From: Yoonia sp. | GTDB taxonomy: Bacteria > Pseudomonadota > Alphaproteobacteria > Rhodobacterales > Rhodobacteraceae | Direction of reading: 5' to 3' | Length of the DNA: 44,688 bases | NCBI GenBank assembly: GCA_047627695.1 | Contig: JBLHTS010000001.1 | Coordinates: 1 to 44,688 of the forward strand | Shown: positions 37,530 to 44,688 of the stretch, piece after piece | Layout of the letters: the number at the start of each line of letters is the position of its first letter | How positions within the stretch are numbered: the stretch's first letter is position 1 | Program-made: the position numbers and the translations under genes | Notes under the pieces: model-generated | What the model saw: the letters and a program-made list of their open reading frames with translations, nothing else | Database searches by the model: none | Told to the model about the DNA's origin: nothing

Positions 37530-37586
37530 TGGGTGAGATGGGATTATCTGTTCGTATACAGACTATAGCTCATACGGAGGAATGTC

Positions 37587-38594
37587 ATGGCCAACGACGC
37601 AGATCTTGTCACCCAAATCGAAACTTTGGGTCTAAAACTGGGTGAAGCCCGCGAAAGTATCGCGGCCCGATTTATCGGCCAGCCGCGTGTTGTGGACCTG
37701 ACGCTGACCGCGTTGATCTGCGGCGGGCATGCTGTGTTGGTTGGTCTTCCGGGGCTTGGCAAGACCCGACTCGTCGATACGCTATCGACCGTGATGGGCC
37801 TGAACGGCAATCGCATCCAGTTCACGCCGGACTTAATGCCGGCGGATATTTTGGGATCGGAAGTCTTGGAAACCTCTGACGATGGTAAACGCAATTTCCG
37901 CTTTATCGAAGGTCCAGTTTTTTGCCAGCTCTTAATGGCGGACGAGATTAACCGCGCATCCCCGCGCACCCAATCAGCGCTTTTGCAGGCGATGCAGGAA
38001 AAAGAAGTTACCATTGCAGGCGCGCACCGCCCCCTTGGTGTGCCATTCCACGTCCTCGCCACGCAAAACCCGATTGAACAGGAAGGCACTTACCCGCTGC
38101 CAGAGGCACAGCTTGACCGTTTCTTGGTCCAAATTGATGTCCCGTACCCTGACCGCGCGACTGAAAAAGACATCCTGATCGCCACAACGGGTGCGATCGA
38201 CGCGCAGTCAAGTCAAGTTTTCACCGCGCAAGAACTACTCGACGCCCAAGACTTGCTGCGCCGCATGCCAGTCGGCGAAAACATCGTGGAAATGATCCTT
38301 GATCTGGTTCGCGCTTGCCGACCTGATGACGAAAACGCACCTGATCTGGTCCGCCAAAACGTAAGTTGGGGCCCGGGTCCACGTGCCGCACAAGCGCTGA
38401 TGCTGACAGTCCGTGCGCAAGCTTTGCTTGAAGGGCGCCTTGCGCCTTGCGCCGAGGACGTGCGCGCAATGGCTGTTCCGGTTCTCGAACACCGCATGGC
38501 CCTTTCCTTTGCCGCCCGCGCACGCGGTGAAAGCATCTACCACGTCATCAACACCGTCGCCGATCAAGTCACCACAGTTGCGGCGGCTGCATGA
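37587..38594 (+). CDS. MoxR family AAA+ ATPase
   Basis: GLPGLGKT, RIQFTPDLMPAD, ADEINRA, ATQNPIEQEGTYPLPEAQLDRF motifs. Confidence 0.96.
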   Translation: MANDADLVTQIETLGLKLGEARESIAARFIGQPRVVDLTLTALICGGHAVLVGLPGLGKTRLVDTLSTVMGLNGNRIQFTPDLMPADILGSEVLETSDDGKRNFRFIEGPVFCQLLMADEINRASPRTQSALLQAMQEKEVTIAGAHRPLGVPFHVLATQNPIEQEGTYPLPEAQLDRFLVQIDVPYPDRATEKDILIATTGAIDAQSSQVFTAQELLDAQDLLRRMPVGENIVEMILDLVRACRPDDENAPDLVRQNVSWGPGPRAAQALMLTVRAQALLEGRLAPCAEDVRAMAVPVLEHRMALSFAARARGESIYHVINTVADQVTTVAAAA

Positions 38595-39463
38595 CCGAAC
38601 CGCTTGCCCTCAGATCGCAGGCAGAAGCACTTGCCGAAAATTTGCCGCCCCTGCTGGCAGAGGCAGAGCATTTGTCGACAACTGTTTTGCTGGGCGACCA
38701 CGGGCGCAGACGGGCGGGCACAGGCGATACGTTCTGGCAATACCGCCCCGCGCAACCTCATGACGCCGCGCGCAACATCGATTGGCGACGCTCTGCACGG
38801 TCTGACGCGAATTTCGTGCAAGACAAGGAATGGCAGATCGCACAATCGATTATCTTCTGGGTGGATCAGGCCGCGTCGATGACATTCCGTTCCGATGACA
38901 ACCTGCCTAGCAAAGCGCAACGTGCACGCACTTTGGGTCTGGCATGCGCGATTTTGTTGATCCGTGGCGGTGAAAGGGTCGGCCTTTCAGGTCTGCGCCT
39001 GCCACCCCGTCGCGGCGAAGCACAACTAATGCAAATGGCGCAACTCTTGTCCCAAGACGATGACACCGACTATGGCGCGCCCGAATCGCAAGGCATGCTG
39101 CCGCATTCTCGCGCCTTGTTCATCAGTGATTTCCTAGGCGACCTTCAACCAATCGAAGACGCGTTGCTGCGTGCCGCAGATCGCGGTGTTAGCGGTGCGT
39201 TGCTACAAGTCCTCGATCCCCAAGAAGAAGCATTTCCCTTTGAGGGGCGCACGGTGTTCGAGAGCATGTCTGGAGGGCTGCGTCACGAAACGCTCAAAGC
39301 CAGCGATCTGAAATCCCGCTATCTGGACCGACTTGCCGCACGCAAAGACCGCCTGCAACACCTTGCTCGCATCACGGGCTGGCAATTCCAAACGCACCAA
39401 ACGGGCCAAAGTGCGACAAACGCGCTACTCTGGCTCTACAACGCGTTAGAGCGGCACGCATGA
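38591..39463 (+). CDS. DUF58 domain protein
   Basis: GDHGRRRAGTG, FWQYR, IDWRRSAR and ISDFL motifs; ATGA overlap with moxR. Confidence 0.93.
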   Translation: MTEPLALRSQAEALAENLPPLLAEAEHLSTTVLLGDHGRRRAGTGDTFWQYRPAQPHDAARNIDWRRSARSDANFVQDKEWQIAQSIIFWVDQAASMTFRSDDNLPSKAQRARTLGLACAILLIRGGERVGLSGLRLPPRRGEAQLMQMAQLLSQDDDTDYGAPESQGMLPHSRALFISDFLGDLQPIEDALLRAADRGVSGALLQVLDPQEEAFPFEGRTVFESMSGGLRHETLKASDLKSRYLDRLAARKDRLQHLARITGWQFQTHQTGQSATNALLWLYNALERHA

Positions 39464-39515
39464 CTTATAAAACCCCACCTCGCTTTGTTCCAAATACTCA
39501 TAAGGGCTACGCCTA

Positions 39516-42263
39516 ATGTGGTCGCTAGGTCCCATAGGCTTTACCGCGCCTTGGCTGCTGCTAGGGTTAATCGCGCTGCCGATCTTGTGGATTTTGCTGC
39601 GCGCCGTCCCCCCTGCACCAATCCGGCGGCGGTTTCCCGGGGTCGCGCTGTTGCTTGGTCTCACCGATGATGAAAACCAAACTGATCATACCCCTTGGTG
39701 GTTGCTTTTGCTGCGCACCATCGCTGTCGCATCGGCAATCATCGGATTTGCAGGGCCAGTACTTAACCCGCAAAATGCACGCGACGGATCTGACGATCTT
39801 GTGATCGCGCTAGACGGCACATGGGCAGGGGCGGGAAGCTGGCAATCGCGGATTGACCGTGTGGACACCCTACTAACAGAAGCCGCACTGGCCGACCGCC
39901 GGACCGCAGTTGTCAATCTTAACGACCTTCCTATCGGCGAATTGCCCTTTGCCGCACCGAACGACTGGCAAAACCGCCTGGCGAATATCCAGCCTAAACC
40001 GTGGCAACCAGATCACCCCGCCGCTTGGTTCGGAACTGTCGATGGAGCGTTCGAGACCTACTGGATTTCCGACGGACTTGAATGGGAAGGCCGCGCCGAT
40101 CTTTTGGCAACACTCGAAGACCGTGGCGCCGTAACCGTATTCCAAACACCGCGCCAAACCTTAGGATTGCGCCCCGCGCGGTTTGAGGGCGGCGAAGTCC
40201 GCGTATCAGCCGTACGCTCGCCCATTGGCAACCCGTTCGAGACGACAATTTCTGCGGTTGGCCTTGATCCGGCTGGGGTGGAACGCGCACTCGCCACAGT
40301 GCCGCTGACGTTCGAAGCCGGCGCAGCCGAGTTTGAAACCGCCATGGTTCTACCGCCCGAACTGCGCAACCGGATCACACGGTTCGAGATCACAGGCATC
40401 CGCTCTGCCGGCGCTGTGACCCTTACCGACGACGCGCTAAGGCGGCGTGAGGTCGCCCTGATCGCCGGACGCGATGACCGCGAAGGGCTGGATCTGTTGT
40501 CCCCTCTTTACTACCTGCGCGAAGCATTGGAACCAACCGCAGACATCATCAACGGCGCCATAGACGATATTTTGTTGGCCAACCCGGACGTGATCATTCT
40601 GGCGGATGTGGCAACCCTGGCAGAGGCTGATGCCATTGCCGCTTGGGTTAAAAAGGGCGGCATGCTGCTGCGCTTTGCCGGTCCCCGATTAGCCGCGTCA
40701 GACCAAGGGCGCAGTACGGACGATCCGCTTTTGCCTGTGCGCCTACGCTCTGGTGGACGGTCGGTTGGGGGTGCTATGAGTTGGGGCGAACCCAAGACCC
40801 TTGCCCCCTTCACCCAAGACAGCCCATTTTTCGGCCTTCCTGTACCGAATGACGTCACCGTCACATCCCAAGTTATGGCGCAGCCTGATCCTGCACTTGC
40901 GGACCGTGTTATTGCGCAATTGTCCGACGGCACACCTTTGGTCACACGCAAATTAATGGGTGAAGGCCAAGTGGTGTTGGTCCATGTCACTGCCAACGCG
41001 GAATGGTCCACATTGCCGCTGTCAGGTTTGTTTGTACAAATGCTGGAACGTCTGGCCGTCTCTACCCGCCCCGCCGCGTTGGAAGAAAGCGCGATGGAAG
41101 GCACGACATGGCTTCCCAACAAGGTTCTTGATGCATTCGGAAGACTGGAAGACGGCAGCGCCCTTTCCGGCGTGGCGGGCGAAATTTTGGCGCAAGGCAA
41201 CCTTGGCCCAAATCTGTTGCCCGGGCTTTATGCAGGCGGCGACCGCCAGATTGCAGTTAACGTCATTGGCCCCGAAACCACTCTTAGCGTTGCACAATGG
41301 CCTGCAAGGATCGCTGTCGAAGGTATGTCAGTCATCCGCGAAACTGCGCTGAAAGGGTGGCTGCTTAGTGCGACACTCATGCTGCTGCTGGTTGATGTCA
41401 TCGCTTCACTGGCGATTGGTGGTCGCCTTCGCGGACCGCGCGCGGACGTGGCCGCAGCATTGGTACTGGCCCTGTTCTGGGCGCCCGACGCACAAGCGCA
41501 ATCGGCTGATGACTTTGCCTTGCGTGCGACTTCCGAAGTCGTCTTGGGCCATATTTTGACAGGTGACCGCGAAACCGATGACATCGCTTTTGCGGGGCTA
41601 TCAGGGTTGTCACAAACCCTGTTCCGGCGCACCTCGATCGAACCAGAAACGCCTGTTGGCGTAAACTTGGAAACCGACGAACTTGCGTTTTTTCCGTTCC
41701 TCTACTGGCCTGTCACAACCGATCAACCCCTGCCTAGCCGCGACGCTTATGCCAAGCTGAACCGCTATCTGCGCACAGGCGGCATGATCATGTTCGACAC
41801 CCGCGACGCGGATACGGCGCGGTTCGGATCAAGCTCGCCCGAAGGGCGCAAACTGCAAGCCATTGCGCGGTCATTGGATATTCCGGCTATTGCGCCAATT
41901 CCGTCTGATCACGTCCTAACGCGGACATTTTACTTGCTGCAAGACTTTCCCGGCCGCTACGCCAGCCGCGATGTTTGGGTTGAAGAGGCCACACTGCCCG
42001 GTCCCCAAGTGGACGGCATGCCGTTTCGCAATCTTAATGACGGTGTGACGCCTGTGATCATTGGCGGCAACGATTGGGCGCGTGCCTGGGCCGTTGACGA
42101 AAGCGGGCGGCGCATGTTTCCCGTAGGCCGCGGCACGTCTGGCGAACGGCAACGCGAATTTGCCCTGCGCTTTGGTGTGAATGTGATCATGCACGTACTG
42201 ACGGGCAATTATAAATCCGATCAGGTCCATGTGCCTGATCTGTTGGACCGGTTGGGGCAATGA
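39516..42263 (+). CDS. BatA N-terminal / DUF4159 domain membrane protein of the MoxR operon
   Basis: F.APWLLLGL..LP.LW.LLR (BatA), TPWWLLLLR, C-terminal FPFLYWP...GNYKSDQVH (DUF4159). Confidence 0.9.
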   Translation: MWSLGPIGFTAPWLLLGLIALPILWILLRAVPPAPIRRRFPGVALLLGLTDDENQTDHTPWWLLLLRTIAVASAIIGFAGPVLNPQNARDGSDDLVIALDGTWAGAGSWQSRIDRVDTLLTEAALADRRTAVVNLNDLPIGELPFAAPNDWQNRLANIQPKPWQPDHPAAWFGTVDGAFETYWISDGLEWEGRADLLATLEDRGAVTVFQTPRQTLGLRPARFEGGEVRVSAVRSPIGNPFETTISAVGLDPAGVERALATVPLTFEAGAAEFETAMVLPPELRNRITRFEITGIRSAGAVTLTDDALRRREVALIAGRDDREGLDLLSPLYYLREALEPTADIINGAIDDILLANPDVIILADVATLAEADAIAAWVKKGGMLLRFAGPRLAASDQGRSTDDPLLPVRLRSGGRSVGGAMSWGEPKTLAPFTQDSPFFGLPVPNDVTVTSQVMAQPDPALADRVIAQLSDGTPLVTRKLMGEGQVVLVHVTANAEWSTLPLSGLFVQMLERLAVSTRPAALEESAMEGTTWLPNKVLDAFGRLEDGSALSGVAGEILAQGNLGPNLLPGLYAGGDRQIAVNVIGPETTLSVAQWPARIAVEGMSVIRETALKGWLLSATLMLLLVDVIASLAIGGRLRGPRADVAAALVLALFWAPDAQAQSADDFALRATSEVVLGHILTGDRETDDIAFAGLSGLSQTLFRRTSIEPETPVGVNLETDELAFFPFLYWPVTTDQPLPSRDAYAKLNRYLRTGGMIMFDTRDADTARFGSSSPEGRKLQAIARSLDIPAIAPIPSDHVLTRTFYLLQDFPGRYASRDVWVEEATLPGPQVDGMPFRNLNDGVTPVIIGGNDWARAWAVDESGRRMFPVGRGTSGERQREFALRFGVNVIMHVLTGNYKSDQVHVPDLLDRLGQ

Positions 42264-44329
42264 TGACAGGTACTCTTGTTCTTGATCCGATGATCCCGCT
42301 TGCGCTGCTTTATGTGGTAGCGGCTTTGGCGGCCTTTGGCATCGCACTCGCTGTCTGGCGCAGGCTAGCGGGCTGGTGGCTACGCGGACTTGCAGCGCTT
42401 GTCTTGCTGATCGCCTTGGCCAATCCCGCCGTGCAACAAGAAGACCGGGAACCGCTGAGCGATATCGTCCTTGTGGTCGTCGATGAAAGTGCCAGTCAGC
42501 GTATCGGCGGTAGACCCGCACAGAACGCGTCAGCCCTTGCCAATATCGAAGCAGAGTTGGACCGCTTACCCAACACCGAAACTCGCCTTGTGACATTGGG
42601 CGATGGCGATGGCGACGCAGGCACGGCACTGATGACATCGCTGGCCCAAGCCCTCGCTGACGAACCCCGCGGGCGGGTGGCCGGCATTATCCTTGTCACT
42701 GATGGGCGTCTGCATGATATCGAACGCGCACCGGATTTACCTGCGCCGCTGCATGCTATTCTGACCGGTCGGCCTGACGATTGGGACCGCCGTTTGGTCG
42801 TGTCCAACGCCCCGGCATTTGCAATCCTTGGCGAAGAAGTCGCCCTGACATTGCGTGTCGAGGACCAAGGGGCAGCGCCTGACACGACTTCTGTGCCACT
42901 TTCGATTTCGATTGATGGCGAGCCTCCGATCACGGTCGAAGTCCCTATCGGCCAAGACATCGGCCTGCCGGTTAAGTTGCCGCATGGTGGGATGAATGTA
43001 CTGCAATTCACGATCCCGGTGGCAGATGGCGAACTGACGAACCGCAACAACACCGCCGTGGTGCAGATCAACGGTGTGCGTGACCGCCTGCGAGTTCTTT
43101 TGGTTTCAGGTGAACCGCACCCGGGAGAGCGGACGTGGCGCAACCTTCTCAAATCCGATGCGGCTGTCGATCTGGTGCATTTCACCATTCTGCGCCCCCC
43201 TGAAAAGCAAGACGGCGTACCTGTGAACGAATTGTCCTTGATCGCATTTCCAACACGCGAATTATTCTTGGAAAAGATCCACGACTTTGATCTGATTATC
43301 TTTGACCGCTACCGCCGTCGCGGCATTCTGCCTAGCGCATACCTCGATAATATCCGCTCTTACGTTGAACAAGGCGGCGCCGTGTTGATCTCGTCCGGCC
43401 CTGAATACGGGTCCGCCGAAAGCATTTATCGGTCGCCATTGGGGCAGATCTTGCCGGGTACACCGACAGCACGTGTGTTTGAAGAAGGGTTTGTTCCGCA
43501 GATCACCGACATCGGGCAGCGACATCCTGTGACCGAGGGTCTTGATGCATTGTCACCCAATCCAGACGGCGACGGTCCCGGATGGGGGCGCTGGTTCCGC
43601 TTGGTCGACGTGCTGGTTCCAGAAGGCGCGACGACCGTCATGTCCGGCCTTGATGACCGCCCGCTTTTGATCCTGAACCGCATCGGTGAGGGCCGCGTGT
43701 CATTGCTCGCGTCCGATCATTCGTGGCTTTGGGATCGTGGCTATGAAGGCGGCGGGCCGCAGTTGGAACTGTTGCGGCGTCTGGCGCATTGGATGATGAA
43801 AGAGCCCGAGCTTGAAGAAGAAGCGCTTTGGGTGGAACCGACAGGCCAGACCATGCGGATCATTCGCCGCACGCTACAAGAAAAAACAGGAAATGTAACA
43901 GTCACGCATCCTGACGGATCTACGACAAGTGTGACACTCGAAGAAATCTCACCCGGGCGGTTTGAGGCGCTTTGGACTGGCCCCGAAATTGGGCTTTACC
44001 GTCTGGAAGACGCAGACAAATCCGCCGTGATCGCCCTTGGCCCCGCCGCCCCGCGCGAGTTCGAACAAACCAATGCGAGCGCCGAGACGTTACAGCCTTT
44101 GATCGACACGCAGCGCGGCGGAGTGATGCCCATTTCGGCAGGCGACATCAACATCCGCAGTATCCGTGAGGGTCGTCCCGCCGCAGGGCGGGGCTGGATC
44201 GGCATCACACCGCGCGGCGCGTACCGGACTGCCGACATCAGCATCACGCCGCTTCTGCCTGCTTGGGCGTTCTTGCTTTTGGCAGCAATTCTGATCGTAG
44301 GCGCTTGGCTGCGTGAAGGGCGGCGGTAA
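42260..44329 (+). CDS. Membrane protein with vWA-like and class I glutamine amidotransferase-like domains (MoxR operon)
   Basis: N-terminal TMs, VDESAS (DxSxS), LVTDG, SGEPHPGERTWRNLLK and ELSLIAFP motifs; C-terminal TM. Confidence 0.88.
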   Translation: MMTGTLVLDPMIPLALLYVVAALAAFGIALAVWRRLAGWWLRGLAALVLLIALANPAVQQEDREPLSDIVLVVVDESASQRIGGRPAQNASALANIEAELDRLPNTETRLVTLGDGDGDAGTALMTSLAQALADEPRGRVAGIILVTDGRLHDIERAPDLPAPLHAILTGRPDDWDRRLVVSNAPAFAILGEEVALTLRVEDQGAAPDTTSVPLSISIDGEPPITVEVPIGQDIGLPVKLPHGGMNVLQFTIPVADGELTNRNNTAVVQINGVRDRLRVLLVSGEPHPGERTWRNLLKSDAAVDLVHFTILRPPEKQDGVPVNELSLIAFPTRELFLEKIHDFDLIIFDRYRRRGILPSAYLDNIRSYVEQGGAVLISSGPEYGSAESIYRSPLGQILPGTPTARVFEEGFVPQITDIGQRHPVTEGLDALSPNPDGDGPGWGRWFRLVDVLVPEGATTVMSGLDDRPLLILNRIGEGRVSLLASDHSWLWDRGYEGGGPQLELLRRLAHWMMKEPELEEEALWVEPTGQTMRIIRRTLQEKTGNVTVTHPDGSTTSVTLEEISPGRFEALWTGPEIGLYRLEDADKSAVIALGPAAPREFEQTNASAETLQPLIDTQRGGVMPISAGDINIRSIREGRPAAGRGWIGITPRGAYRTADISITPLLPAWAFLLLAAILIVGAWLREGRR

Positions 44330-44344
44330 GGGGCTACTTACACA

Positions 44345-44688
44345 ATGTTCATGACCCTTTTAAAAATCAGCAGCGCCATCTTGGTCGCTTTGATCGGGTG
44401 TCAAACAGTGCGCCATTCAGGCAATAAGCCTTTGGTCGATCAGGCCGCAGGTACGCTGCGCGTGGCCACCTATAACGTCCACTACATCATTTTAGGCAAA
44501 GACACCGGACCTTGGTCGCTTGGCGATTGGGAGCGACGCAAGGGGCCAATGGCTTTGGCGTTCGACGCCATCGACGCGGACGTCATCGGGTTTCAAGAAA
44601 TGGAAAGCTTTGCGCGCAGCAGCGAGGGGCAAACCAACCTGAAACTTGATTGGCTTTTGCTGAACAATCCCGACTTTGCCGCAGCCGC
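44345..44688 (+). CDS. Endonuclease/exonuclease/phosphatase family protein, partial (runs off the window)
   Basis: MFMTLLKISSAILVALIGC (possible lipoprotein signal), LRVATYNVHY and DADVIGFQE motifs. Confidence 0.82.
   Translation, partial: MFMTLLKISSAILVALIGCQTVRHSGNKPLVDQAAGTLRVATYNVHYIILGKDTGPWSLGDWERRKGPMALAFDAIDADVIGFQEMESFARSSEGQTNLKLDWLLLNNPDFAAA

Noticed and set aside
1-44688. CRISPR array, IS element, prophage or defence genes
   Set aside because: No regularly spaced direct repeats and no transposase, integrase, phage or defence motifs were recognised in any frame.

Overview
Core-chromosome segment of an alphaproteobacterium. Gene content and order point to the Roseobacter group (Rhodobacterales); the genus cannot be fixed from the sequence. 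From left to right it carries: the 3' part of cydA and cydB, tRNA-Met(CAT), a GNAT, an FAD oxidoreductase, hemC/hemE/hemF, an SDR, an RsmC-type methyltransferase, clpS, a D-Ala-D-Ala carboxypeptidase, yejABEF, a membrane-anchored cytochrome c, pheA, nudC, the SRP RNA (ffs), an RsgA-family GTPase, a CX5R phosphatase, dnaX-ybaB-recR, a LysR/methyltransferase pair, trcR (DUF1013), gabD, an ECF sigma with a shortened partner, a Tat serine hydrolase, hyi, DUF1285, a MoxR-DUF58-BatA/DUF4159 operon and a partial EEP-family gene. No IS, integrase or CRISPR array was seen. The best candidate for an undescribed system is the rsgA leader at 22685-22919. It has two tandem related palindromes at a promoter and an unannotated 13-codon leader ORF (MFVAKNTLPVRVR, strong SD, C-terminal R-V-R). 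It also has alternative RNA helices that pair the leader ORF with the rsgA ribosome-binding site, which is the layout of a ribosome-stalling translational attenuator. At least six genes are disrupted (cydA, a small gene after hemE, an SRPBCC gene, a cpdB-like gene, a membrane-protein gene between dnaX and ybaB, and RNase T2), indicating genome erosion or sequencing error. The ECF partner looks like a vWA/YfbK protein with the vWA domain removed in frame.
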